A stretch of DNA of 64,000 nt, from contig QPGO01000229.1 of assembly GCA_008632985.1 (NCBI GenBank), positions 1-64,000 of the forward strand, given 5' to 3'. The position numbers and the translations under genes were made by a program. Within the stretch, counting starts at the first letter, position 1, and each line of letters opens with the position of its first letter. The stretch comes from Psammoneis japonica (taxonomy: Eukaryota). Under the pieces are notes generated by a model. It was not told the DNA's origin. It did not search any database and saw only the letters and a program-made list of their open reading frames with translations. This document shows positions 10,764 to 22,800 of this stretch, in pieces.

Positions 10764-13700
10764 ATGTCGAACGAAGTGGTAGAGAATGGTAAACAAAACG
10801 GAGAAGCAGCGGCGGCGGTTCAGCCAATACTAGGCATGGAGGGAACTCCCGCTGAAGCTCCTGCTCAGTCAAAACCCAAACCTACTTTTGCTCGTTCCGA
10901 CACAGCAGACACGTTGGAATCTTCGGAAGATGTGGACGAAGAAGAAGCGCTGCTTGTTTCCATTGAAAAGCAACAGGAAAAAGAAGACGCAGAGGAAGCG
11001 GCACACCCACACCCTCAACCCAAAGACATTGCATCTGCACCGAAATTGCTGCAGGACATGCTGAAAAAGGGAGAAGTAAAGGCGGACGAGTCAGAAGAAG
11101 AGTCAGAAAAGGAAGAGAAAGCGTCGAAAGAGGCCGCAGTAGCGAAAAAAGGAACTGAAGAAGAGAAAAAGGGCGAGGAAGGGGAGGCACCTCCGTCTCC
11201 CGTGCGACACTACCATACGAGGGTAGGTGGTATCTTTTGTCATTGTTTTGGATCCATATGTCGTGCTCGAAAGGTTGCAGTGCTTTGTTTGGTGCTGTAT
11301 TGTGCTCAGACAGGTCTTAATGAGACAAGTTGAGGGTATACAGTGAGAATGTCGAAGAAGCGGTTCTCCTGCGCTGTTTTTCGATTTTCCCGCTTTTTTT
11401 TGTTCCCTCACGTCTCGCCCACGCGTCTTTCTTACGATTTTTAAATTTCCCTCTTGTACACAGAGAAGTCAACTGGACGAGCTACTCAAGAAGGCTTCTC
11501 AGTACTCTGGTTTCATCTCCAGAGACTTGGAAGAGCTTCAAGAGTCCTTGACGCAAACCGCAAAGAAAAAAGTAAAGTCAGCCGAAAAGAGCAGAAAGCG
11601 CAAGGCAAAGGCCGGGGGCTCTTCCAAGAAGAAGTCGAAAAAGAATGATGGCGAGGCTGCTCTCAAGTCTGCGCAAGAGAAGCACGCCTCCGAAATGCTT
11701 CACGCAGGTTCGAAACCAATCTTTGTCCAGCCACCCAACTTGGCTGCCGGTTGTGTCCTCAAGGACTATCAGCTGGAGGGTGTGCGCTGGCTCACCTCCT
11801 TGTTTGAGAACGGCGTATCTGGTATCCTTGCGGATGAAATGGGTCTCGGTAAGAGAAGTTGGCCCAATTTAACCTACAGCGGATATTATTGTTTTGTGCG
11901 AGAGTGATCGAGTTGCTAACGAACGTCTTTTTTCTGCTCCCCTACTGCTGCTACTTTCCATTAGGAAAAACTATCCAGGTTATTGCGTTGATTGCGCATC
12001 TCTTGACCAAGAACGTTGCGGGACCGTTTCTCATTGTTGCTCCTCTTGCTACCCTTCCAAATTGGGTGCGCGAGTTCCAGAAATGGCTTCCGCAGAGACC
12101 CGTTCTACGCTATCACGGCAGTGCTGCCGACCGCGATGCTATGCTCAAGGGCATGATGCATCCAAAGCAACGAAAGCTTCCGACCTTTCCCTTTATTGTG
12201 ACCTCGTACGAAGTGGCCATTCGAGATCAGTCCAAGCTGGAAAAGTTGAACGAGTACACCTATCTCATTGTCGACGAAGGGCAGCGCCTCAAGAATCACC
12301 GTTGTACCCTGCTTGCATCGCTGAAGCGACTCAAGGCGAACAACCGTTTGTTGCTCAGCGGAACCCCCATCCAGAACAACTTGGACGAATTGTGGAGTCT
12401 TCTCAACTTTGTAAATCCCGATATCTTTGACGACCTTAAGGTTTTCCAGAGTTGGTTTGGTTTCAAGGATATTGGACAGATTGACAAGGGAGGTACTAAA
12501 GAAGAGGCAATCATGATGGAACAGCGCAAGAACGACACTGTCTCCAAGCTTCACGAGATTCTTCGTCCGTTCCTTCTACGACGCATCAAGAGCAATGTGC
12601 TCTCCGAGTTGCCTCCAAAGAAGGAGGTTGTGGTTTACTCGGGCATGTCCAAGTTGCAGTCCGGGTATGCGGATCTTATTGAGAAGGGTGTTCTGAGGGA
12701 TACCCTCATTAGCCAAGGTATCGAACAGGGTCGTACATTGAGCCAGACAAACAAGCAGATGAATCACCGCAAGAATGTCAACCACCCCTTTTTGTTCGGA
12801 GAACCCATTGACCCGGCCACTGGAGCGCACCTTGGAACCGCCCACCCGCAGCTTCTCGTCCGTGCCAGCGGCAAGTTTGCTCTGCTTGATCGAATGCTTG
12901 ATCGGTTGCACCGTGACAAGCACCAAGTTCTTATCTTCAGCCAAATGACATCGCTGCTGAATGTAATTGAAGACTACTTGCTCTATAGGAAGTGGAGGTA
13001 CTGCCGCATTGACGGTTCAACCAACATTGATGACCGTCAGAGTCAGATGGACAGGTTTAACGCGGAGCAGACGGCAGGCAAGGACGGAACTAGGAATGAT
13101 AGCGATGACCGCTGTTTTGTGTTTTTGCTCAGCACCAGGGCTGGTGGTCTCGGAATCAACTTGGTAAGTCATCATGGTTGGGAGCTTTATGCATTCAGCT
13201 GCTCTAGAATGGAGAGTCTCTCACCTCGTTACCATATGTCTGTTGACTGAAGGCAACGGCCGATACGTGCATCATTTTTGATAGGTACGTCGAGATTGTA
13301 CAGTACTCCATTGACAGTTGACCAGACGTTTTCTTGTTCTCTCAACTCTTTCTATTGTTGTCCTTTCTTCTTCCTACGACAGCGACTGGAATCCGCACCA
13401 GGATTCGCAGGCAATGGACAGGTGCCATCGAATTGGCCAGACTCGCCCAGTTGCAGTGTATCGCCTACTCACAGCGGGTTCTGTCGACATTGAAATGATG
13501 GAGAAGCAGATCTCGAAAAAGAAGCTCGAGCGCATGACCATCACGGGAGGCGACTTTAGAAAGGCAGGCAGCCGCTCGGTTGGAGAAAAGATCTCGTCCA
13601 ACGAGCTGAACAAGCTCTTGGAAGACGATATTAAGGATATTCACGCCAAGGGGGCGGATATTGAAAGTATCAAGATCAACGAAGACGAGTTCGATATGAT

Positions 13701-13815
13701 TATGGATCGTGAGAAGTTGTTCGCGACGGGTGCGGATGCCATCAAGACCGAGGGCAAAATGTACGATGTTCTAGACGCTGCCAGCGGGGACCTTCTCGGA
13801 GGTGTGAATGCTTGA
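10764..13815 (+). CDS. DDM1: SNF2-family chromatin remodeller, DDM1/LSH (HELLS) subfamily, multi-exon
   Basis: [129 protein letters not shown]. Short C-terminus with no SANT or bromodomain. Confidence 0.85.
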
Positions 13816-14033
13816 GTGATGATGCGATGAGCGCCTTGAGTTGGGTGCATCGGTTTTGTTATGAAGTTCGTGGAAAAGAGTTATTAGAGATGACACCGTC
13901 TTCTTGAAGAGACAGTGGACGACTCTCACCGACCACGATACAAGTAAAGTAGACTTATGGTATTTTGATCCTTTTGCTTGCACGAATTGTGATCAGTATA
14001 GAATATCTAGCTGTGCAACACTAAAATTGACTA

Positions 14034-16553
14034 TCAAAGTTCTTCATTCGAATACACAGCACCTCCCCCGTTCGTTCCCTCTGGAGGATGGCTTATGAGC
14101 AGTTCATCATACGTCCCTTGTCGTGCATCTTCCGTCTCTTCAATCGTTACATGATCTGGCTCGTGCCCGTTCAAGTACCTGCTCCAAACAAGCTCGAGTC
14201 CAGTCTGAAAGTTCTTGACATATCGCGGAACGTCCCAATAGGGGTGCATGGGGTTTCGCTGTAGACACGAGTCGATGAGTTTCTTTCGGATTGACTCGAG
14301 CATGGTTGCATTCTTCCCGAGAGCAATGGCAATGTCTTCGTATTGTTGTGGTCCATTGTACGCATTCAATTCTTCAAGTCCCAAAACCATGTTGGACGAC
14401 GTTGTGACACGAGAGCACATGTCATCACCGTCACTACGAGTCACAATGGGCACACCGGCATACAAGGAATCTTGAGCGACAGTGTGGCCATTGTATGGGT
14501 ACGAGTCGAGCATGACATTGCAAAAGTCGTGATTCCTCATTTGATGGTCAAATGGGTTTCGTTGCCACGGGAGAAAATGTATGCGAGAATTCAATTCGTT
14601 TCCGTCTCCTTCCACAAAGCTGTCTTCATCGTTATTGTTTTCGGACGTACCCGCAGCCTCGTGAATAAATTTGCGGAGATATGGTACGCCCTCTTTGGGA
14701 TTTTCCAAGAGACAAATCATGCTGTCGGGAACTTCTCTCAGGATTCGAATCCAACTCCGGACAGTTTCAGGATTATTCTTGAGGAACTTGTTGAAATTGC
14801 AGTAGACAATGGATGGCTTCTCGGGACCCACCCCTGGCTTTGCCATGCATCGATTCGCTTGTGGACTGCCAGTCCCCAACTTGTACGGAGTCTCTGCTGG
14901 GGTATAGTCAAAAGTCGGTGCTTTCACCTCGTCCTGAATAGCGTGGCCTTTTGAAAAAAAGTGATTCGGCATGTAGATAAACTTCTCCGTGTACAAGTTC
15001 TCTAGTTCTGGAGGAGACGCAATCTTGTCTGTAAAAATGTAATCCAGATACTGAGCACCATAAGTGCCGAGAAACTCTTGGTGCAAGATTTGTATAGGCG
15101 CCGGTCGCAGAGCAAACAGTCCCTGCGCTCGCTCACCCTGACGAGCATAGCCATCCCATTCAATCAAAATGTGGATCCCAGTATCGTGGATCCTTCGTGC
15201 CAAGGCCACATGATCAAGCTTGAGTTTTTGCACATCGTGAAAGTAGTCCACGTTGGACTTGACTCGCTCTCTCCAATCCACTCCCCGCATTCCGTGTTGA
15301 ATAAACACGGGCGAATCGGCTGGACCCATGGAGAAAATATGAACCTCATACTTGTTCTTGTCAAAAAATCGAAACATGTCGTGCGACAAGTACAAGACCG
15401 CCTTGGAATTAAAGCCGGATGCGACAAAACCAATCTTGAGCTTAAAGTCGGGCTTTTGCGCCTCACGAAAGAATCGTTTGAAATCCGCGTCATTGTCATT
15501 GCCGTAGGGAAGTCCAGGTGGCAGGGGCTTTAATTTCATGGTTTCCTGATCGATTCTGGCCAGCTTTTCATCCAGATACGCCGTACCCTCGGTTACGTAA
15601 CGTTTCAGAATGGATTCAATCGGATAGCCCAGCATCATGTGTGGGTGAGTCGAGGTGCCCCGTTCCCAATGAAAGGTGCCTAATTTTTTGTTCACTGTTC
15701 GATACTCGGCTACTTCCTCTTTGGCAATTCGTACAATACGCTCCATGTCTTGATCAAACTGTGTCCCGTTGAAACCCCAATCAATAATCATGGTTCGGCA
15801 ATAGACAGCATTCGAACACGAGGGATAGAGTTTTTGGCCCGATTTGAGACAACTCAATTCAAACACATCAGCACAATCTTCGTATTTGCGGTCACTGAAA
15901 AATTTGCTTCCCAAGGCGTACAATTCTTCCGGCGTCATGTTTTCAATTTCGCGACTGGCGGACGGCTTGTTTTTTGATGAGGTTGTTGTGGTTGTTTGAC
16001 TCGGAGACGCATCTTTCTTTGTAAGTTCGTCAAGACCAAGTGTCTGTTGGAGCAGCAGTGCGTCTGGATGATTCGGATCGACAGCCAGAGCTTGTTTCAG
16101 ATACATTTTACCCATATCCATTTGACCTCTCCCGACACTCTCGGTTGCAACATAGACAAAGGCATCCGCCATTTTATCCTGAACAGCAAAGCACTGAACA
16201 AAGGGTTGAAAGGCTTGCTCCACACTGTATGCATTTCCAGATGACGCATGCATCAGAACCGCACGCCAATAGTGCATGGCAGCTCTGTCGTACTCTTTTA
16301 ATCCAAAGAGTCGCTGACCCTCTGCGAGATTGGCCTTGCCATCGGTGTTTGGCACGGTCGTTTCAAAATTCAATTCCACGACGGCATTGACAGAAGCAAA
16401 GATCGAAACACATAGCATAAGAAATATTATTAGTTTTGAATGCAGCCGCCTCTGTGGTTGTTGGCTCAAGCAAAGCGAGGCCATGTCGGAAAGCGGCAAA
16501 GGAGTAGACATCCGCCTCATCATTGTCTGCGAAATTTTTGATGGATGTCTCAA
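14034..16553 (-). CDS. TPR + GT41 (OGT/SPINDLY-like) glycosyltransferase with N-terminal hydrophobic signal
   Basis: TPR-like helices, then LKIGFVASGFNS, IHILIEWDGY, LFALRPAPIQI, LDYIFTDKIASP, YTEKFIYMP, YCNFNKFLK, MLDSYPYNGHT and SRVTTS. The start codon may be one of the downstream Met residues. Confidence 0.8.
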   Translation of the reverse strand: MRHPSKISQTMMRRMSTPLPLSDMASLCLSQQPQRRLHSKLIIFLMLCVSIFASVNAVVELNFETTVPNTDGKANLAEGQRLFGLKEYDRAAMHYWRAVLMHASSGNAYSVEQAFQPFVQCFAVQDKMADAFVYVATESVGRGQMDMGKMYLKQALAVDPNHPDALLLQQTLGLDELTKKDASPSQTTTTTSSKNKPSASREIENMTPEELYALGSKFFSDRKYEDCADVFELSCLKSGQKLYPSCSNAVYCRTMIIDWGFNGTQFDQDMERIVRIAKEEVAEYRTVNKKLGTFHWERGTSTHPHMMLGYPIESILKRYVTEGTAYLDEKLARIDQETMKLKPLPPGLPYGNDNDADFKRFFREAQKPDFKLKIGFVASGFNSKAVLYLSHDMFRFFDKNKYEVHIFSMGPADSPVFIQHGMRGVDWRERVKSNVDYFHDVQKLKLDHVALARRIHDTGIHILIEWDGYARQGERAQGLFALRPAPIQILHQEFLGTYGAQYLDYIFTDKIASPPELENLYTEKFIYMPNHFFSKGHAIQDEVKAPTFDYTPAETPYKLGTGSPQANRCMAKPGVGPEKPSIVYCNFNKFLKNNPETVRSWIRILREVPDSMICLLENPKEGVPYLRKFIHEAAGTSENNNDEDSFVEGDGNELNSRIHFLPWQRNPFDHQMRNHDFCNVMLDSYPYNGHTVAQDSLYAGVPIVTRSDGDDMCSRVTTSSNMVLGLEELNAYNGPQQYEDIAIALGKNATMLESIRKKLIDSCLQRNPMHPYWDVPRYVKNFQTGLELVWSRYLNGHEPDHVTIEETEDARQGTYDELLISHPPEGTNGGGAVYSNEEL

Positions 16554-16767
16554 AATGTCTCGCGCGATCCTGCTTGCGCGCGCGCGCGGTGGGTCATCGA
16601 AGCAGTCTGTCTGCCTGCCAGCCGTCTCGCACCGCAGCCATCGATGTGTCGACCCATGTCTGATTGGCGGTTGTGCTTTTAGCTCACTTTCTCGGCTTGC
16701 TTGCTTATCTTGCTAATCGTTGCATCGACAAGCAGCTTAGACCTTAGACGTTTTTATCAACATCACG

Positions 16768-18156
16768 ATGAAGGTTAAGGCTCTCTCTCGTTCGATTGCT
16801 TCTACAGAACGAGAATGTTCCGGTGATTTACGCCGTCAATTTCGAAATCTAGATCCAACGTCACATCCCATGCAACGCGCTCGAGAATAGACTCGCGCCG
16901 TCACGGGTGCCAAATTGGAACGCATGTTTGCCAAGCCATTCGTGGGGACGCTGGGAGAGGGACACATGGATGCTGTCACAGCGTCGGCCACGTCACGTCG
17001 TGCCTTGGTGCCGCTTGTGAGTGGATCGGCCGATGGGGAGATTCGATTGTGGGATTTGGCGAGTCGCAAACGCGTGGCGACACTGACGGGAGAGCATTCG
17101 CGTATCGTGACGGGGCTTGTGTTTGGATTGGACGGGCAAGAATTTTATAGTTGTAGTGATGATGGGCTTGTGAAATTGTGGACAACAAACGCTAGAGCAA
17201 CTAGCGGCAATAGTATCGCTGACGCTGCTGCTTCCTCTCAACATGGTCCGTTGGAAACATGGAGAACACCGGGATCGTTTAAATCGATTGATCATCACTG
17301 GCATGAGGAGCAGTTTGCGACCGCTTCTGATGAAAGTGTCAATATTTGGAGTCCTGAACGGAGCTCGCCTATTCAACGACACGTTGATTTGTGGGGAAGC
17401 CACGACACGGTAAATGTTGTACGATACAATCCAGCCGAGCGAAACTTGTTGGCCCACTGTTCTGCCGATCGTGGCATTGGATTGCACGATGTCCGAGCAG
17501 GAGCGGCACTGAAAAAGACTGTGCTTCAAATGAGATCCAACTGTCTGGAATGGAATCCCATGGAACCAATGAACTTTGTGGTGGGAAACGAAGACTACAA
17601 TGCTTATACCTTTGATATGCGAAAGCTCGATCAACCAACACGAATCTACAAGGGCCACATGAGTGCCGTCATGAGCGTGGGATGGTCTCCAACAGGACGT
17701 GAGTTTGTGACTGGCAGTTATGACAGGACGATTCGCATATTTTCCACAAAGGGCGGAGGTACGGCTCGGGATATTTACCACACGAAACGTATGCAACGTG
17801 TCTTTACGGTTCACTACACGGCAGATCACAAGTACATTGTTTCAGGAAGTGACGACACAAACTTGCGACTCTGGAAGGCAACCGCATCAGACCAGATTGG
17901 ACAATTAACATCTCGAGAGGAGGCTGCACTGCGATACCGTCAGACCTTGGTGAAAAAGTATCAACACTTGCCCGAAGTCAAGCGTATTAGCAAATCCCGC
18001 AAAATTCCCAAAATTATCAAGAAACAGACCGCCATTGTACAAATACAAAAGGCAAGCTCGGATCGAAAACAATCCAATCGTATCAAGCATTCCAAGCCGG
18101 GGACGGTTGAGTTTCAAAGCGAGCGAAAGAAAACTGTTGTCAAGCAAGTGGATTGA
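16768..18156 (+). CDS. DCAF13: SOF1/DCAF13 WD40 U3 snoRNP protein (in-frame TAG at 16888-16890)
   Basis: MKVKALSRS...RNLDPTSHPMQRARE*TRAVTGAKLERMFAKPF, WNPMEPMNF, SPTGREFVTGSYDRTIRIF, YHTKRMQRVF, SGSDDTNLRLWKA and a Sof1 C-terminus. Confidence 0.9.
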
Positions 18157-18160
18157 AACA

Positions 18161-18185
18161 TGTGTGTGTGTGTGTGTGTGCGTGT
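18161..18185. repeat. (TG)n microsatellite in the SOF1 3' flank
   Basis: Run of TG dinucleotides directly after the stop codon. Confidence 0.85.
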
Positions 18186-18499
18186 TTCGCATTTTCGAGT
18201 ATGTATTTCAAAGAGTAAATCATAATGCACTCTCGGTATTCTAAGAGTATTGTTAGGAAATTGGTTTGTGAATGAAGGAATCGCAGGCAAGCACAAAGCA
18301 AGCACGCAATCGCATGCATGCCTGTACCTATGCATCGTGCGTACTGTACAAAACAATATACAGCACAAATTCCTGATACAGCCATGGTGTGAGAAGCAAG
18401 AGTACACCTAAAGGCTTGGAATTTGCCTCCGTAGGGTTCAAAGGGTGTCCCACACGTCGTTGGGAATGACTGCTGTGGCCATATTATTTGGTGCAGTGC

Positions 18500-19837
18500 T
18501 GCTGTTCTTCAAAAAGGTTTTGTACCGTTAACAAATATTGATACCGGTAAGTCTAGTGAAGATCAACGTCGGAAAAGACGGCTTTGGCCGAGGGCCGCCG
18601 CTAGTAGATATCTATATATTACACCAAATGCCTATCTCCTAAGGTTCCATGTAAATGAATGCCAACAATGTCTTCTTCTGTTCCTTGTCGCAAAATATGG
18701 ATGCGTGAAACATGTACCGATACTGTGTTCTTCTCTCTTCTTCTTTGGGATCCTTGCTAATTTGTGCATGTATGTACTTGCCGTCTTTTACGCTTCTTGC
18801 TCCTCACGAACATAGTCCTTCGTCTGCGACTATTGCCAGTCCCTGGATCATTCTATCTCTTATTCCCTGCTCCAGTTGTCTTTGCTTGGATTGCCGTGGC
18901 CACACGTCTCTGCAACAATCAGATCGCCAACTGATGCAGTTTGGCCCTGCCACACAAGGCACATGTCGGTGTCAATCACCCTAATGACGATACCATCGTA
19001 CTCGAGCTTCTGGAGAGGATTGGATGAGTCGCACTCCTGGAGACGGACCGTCTTTCCCTCTTCTAGAGGCCATGAAAGACCGGCCTGGATGCAGTAATCG
19101 TCGTCGAGTTCACTCTCAAACAGGCCATTACTACGCATCCGGAACCCGGTACATCCTGTTCCCAGGGCGAGCTTGGGTCTGCAGTTGCACACCGATGCCT
19201 GAACGCCGAGGCAGAGACCATCGGCATCATCGTTTCCGAAGTGTGTGTAGGAAGAACCTAATTTCCGTAAACCACCATGCGTGTCGTCGAGCACTTTCCA
19301 TCCACCTTGGACAAGAGGAATGGCGACAAGCGAGAATAACGCATGCACGGAGAGCTTCATCGTTGTTACAGTGAAAAGATGTTGTTTGTCGATTGATTGA
19401 GATGCTTCAATATATGAGTTGGAAAAATGACATTCATTTTTTTGGAAGCCCATCACTGCAAGTCTCCGCTCTGCTCGCAGAAAGAGACATTCTTACATAT
19501 GACACGATTGATTTGTTATGCGAGCCTTTCCAAGGCAATATAATCGGGGGCCCTTGCGATTCGGGGTCGCGCTTTCGGTCGGATGCGTCTATTGAGAACA
19601 TCAATCGTGTCGCTTGAAAGGTCCTTCTCCGCGATGCTGAATCGTGAAAGAAAGTTCTTACGATTGGATTGTTATGGGGCCTTACATAAAGGGCAAGTCC
19701 TTCATGATTCACTTCGCGCTTTCACAATTAACAGAGTCGCGGTTTCATGGAGGCGGTTCAAGATGATTCTCTTCACAGTTTGAGTTCGCAGTGCAGTGTT
19801 CACAGTCGAGACCGAAGATGAGAGAACCTTCTGCATT
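18500..19837. repeat. Segmental duplication, copy 1 (paired with ~33969-35330)
   Basis: Long high-identity match from CTGTTCTTCAA...TTTTGTACCGT through ...GATGATTCTCTTCACAGT. Homology resumes just after the 3' LTR (23911-23933 vs 35300-35322). Confidence 0.9.
18860..19360 (-). CDS. Small secreted ricin-B-lectin-like protein, copy 1
   Basis: Signal peptide MKLSVHALFSLVAIPLVQG. Cys-paired motifs GLCLGV, DYCIQAG, VRLQECDSSNPLQ, DMCLVWQG and VAETC...NW resemble beta-trefoil repeats. Confidence 0.65.
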   Translation of the reverse strand: MKLSVHALFSLVAIPLVQGGWKVLDDTHGGLRKLGSSYTHFGNDDADGLCLGVQASVCNCRPKLALGTGCTGFRMRSNGLFESELDDDYCIQAGLSWPLEEGKTVRLQECDSSNPLQKLEYDGIVIRVIDTDMCLVWQGQTASVGDLIVAETCGHGNPSKDNWSRE

Positions 19838-22800
19838 TGTCGCGGAACATGACTCAAGCGGGACTCAAGTGATTGGGTCCCGGTCACGATTGAAGGATCA
19901 CGCGGCAGACGACCACAGAAATCGGAGCCGACCATGAATGCCGCAATCGATCTTGAGGAACAAGATCAATGAATCGAGTGGATGAGGAGCGACGATTTGA
20001 CAAGATCGGTTTGGTGAGATTGATTTGGTAGGATTGATTTGGTAGGATTGATTTGACAAGATTGAAGTCCAGCAGAAGAAGTGGAAAGGTGGATCGCAAA
20101 TCATTGACGAGAGTGAGAAAAAGTGAAGGCTGTTTGCTTTGGTTTTGTGCACTCTTCAGCAGCATCAGCATCTGGTTGTCCAACATGATGTGTGTTGACA
20201 TTTTGTGGCAACAGCGCATCCAAGAGCAGTGAGTGTGAGAAGCGATGAGAGCAAGGAAAAAGAGACCTGCGAGACTTCTCCTTTGTCGTGGAGCGAAGAG
20301 AGCACACTTCGAGAATGTTTTTGGTGAAAATCGAGCTGTGCAAGAGTGACTGCGGTTGTGACAAAGCAGCCAATGTGGACCTGGGAGACAAGCTTCTTGC
20401 AAAGGTGGAATGCACAAGCAGAAAGAAGAAAGCAATGCAAGTTGATGGTGCAGAGACCCTGGAGGATCTTGGCAAGGAGGGCAAGAGAGATTGCACAAGC
20501 TGAGAGCACAAAATCTTTTGCCAAGATGATCCGAGCATTGCCTGAAAACTTGATCCAGGACAGCAAGAACCAAGGTGGACCAAAGAAGTCTGTGTGTTGG
20601 ATCAAGGAGTGCCTCAAGGAGCACTGCTTGGAGCAACATGCAGTGGATGATTGCCAGAACCTCTGTCAGAGGAGGTGTTGGTGCTAGAACCAGGTGAGTT
20701 CGAGGACGAAGCGCTGCTCCATTTCAACAAGTTGGAAGACGTTGACTCCAAGTTGGGAGCAATTGATGACAAGTGTTGCTTGAATGAACTTCAGTTGAAG
20801 ACTGACATCTGCACAAAAGTCCTGGATGACAACAAGCAGAGTTCTTTCAAGTTTGAGTGTTGCAAGGACGGCACGATGGAGAAAAGCGGGAGTGGGGCAC
20901 TCATGGTCCACCAGGAGGATCTGCTGAGTCCACAAATTGATCTTCTGGAGTGGACAAGACCCTGGCTGTGAAGGTGCAGGGCAGCAAATTTTGCCCTGGC
21001 AACTGTGGGAAGTGCAGCCAGAAAGGTCACAAAGCCAACTTTTGTCCAAACAAGAACAACAAGAAGTCAAAGAAGTTTGATGGTGACTGCTGCAATTGTG
21101 GCAAGCACAGACACAGGGCAAGTGACTGCTGCAAGAAGAAGATGGATGAGAAAGAGGAAGACAAGGAGATGGACAAAGTCACACTCACAGTGTTTGACTC
21201 AGTTCACTTGGTTGAGGAGGGCAAGAACCCTGTTCCTGATTCTTTCTTTGACACCTTCAACACCAAGCCTGCAGCAGTTCAAGAGGGAACTTAAGAGATT
21301 GGACAAATGGAATGAATCACCTTGTTGACCTGGTGTGAATGGAACAAAATGACAGACAATGAGGACAAAGAAGACAACAATGGCATGAGTGTGCCAGAGC
21401 CAGAAGTTCCTTTTGTGTTTCCGACAAGGACAAGGATGAAAGTGTCCCACCCTTGGTTTGCCAATGTGATTCCAACAGCAACACAGACAGCATCAAATTG
21501 ATTGACATGAGCTCTGTGGTCCTTTCCAAGAGTTTGAGAACAAGGATTTGGACAGAGAGGATGGTGAGTGGACAGCATCCCACCTCTGATCTGCCATTGT
21601 GACTTAGATTCTTCATCAGACGATTCTGAGTTTAAGCACGATGCGGACAATGAAGACAAGATGACATTGATGTCTGGTGTGCAACATGAGCCAGAATGCA
21701 GTGGGCTGGTGTTTAGCTCCTGCTGGACTCTGGGTCAACAGCACTTGCCAAGAGGTCTCCTCAAGGGATGAGGAACCTCAATGAGGTCAACAAGGTTGTG
21801 AAGGACATGCATGATGGCAGTTTGGCAGCAAAGCTTCAGGGAGATTTGCCACTCACATGCTGGAAAGGGAATGGTGCAGTGGCTGTTGCTGAGATGCACG
21901 TCCAGCCAAATGTCCCCCACAACATTGTGAGCCTGATGAATCTGTTTGAGACTAATTGCATCCTCAGCCCCAAGACAGACCCCAAACAAGCCATTGTTCT
22001 TGAGTGCCCTGATGGCATGGAACAAATTTTTGAAAAATCTGCAAAAGATGGGCTGTTTTGTGTGGAAGTGGAGTCACTGACAGATGCTTCCGAAATGATT
22101 GCAGATGTGTCTGTGGACAGAAAGTCAGACAAAAGGGGTTGGACAAGTGAGTCCACATCAACCGTGCACACATTTCATTGAATCACAGCATGGGTGAACA
22201 ATGCGCGATGAAAACTGCAGCGGCCAATTTCAGTTGGGAGTTGAGAGGATGCAAAAGACCTGTGAGCTCTGTGCAAAGGCAAAGGCTGCACAGCAAAGCC
22301 AACTGTGAAGAAGGCCAGTGACAAGAAAGTGGCCAAGCCTGGACTCCAGCTCTGTCTTGACATGTCAGGACTGTGCACAAAGCAGCGCACAGCAAGAATT
22401 GACACCATGTGCAATGATGGTTGATCAGCATGCAGATCAACTTTGGTTGATGCTCAAAGCAAAGAAAAATGAATTTACAAACAACATCAAGGCTCTGTTG
22501 ATCAAGCTGAAGGGTCAAGGGCACCCAGCTGAGTTCTTGCATGTGGACAATGCACCAGAGTGGGGCAAGCTTTTGAGCCAATTTGTGATGAGCATGGAGT
22601 CACAATGGAGCATGCCTCCCTGAACACGTCACAGTTCAATGCAGCAGTTGAAAGAGCATTTCCAACAGTGTGCAATGTGCCTCACACACGACATTGAAGG
22701 CATCCGACTTTGATGAGATTGAGCAAAGTTGACAGCCAATTGGCAAATGTGCTGCAGGATTGCACATTTGTTCATAACTTGGTCCTGCACAGGGACTGGA

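Noticed and set aside
20205..20220. TGGCAACAGCGC as an eroded tRNA-Met primer-binding site
   Set aside because: It only partly matches TGGTATCAGAGC and lies ~20 bp from the inferred LTR end; too uncertain to call.
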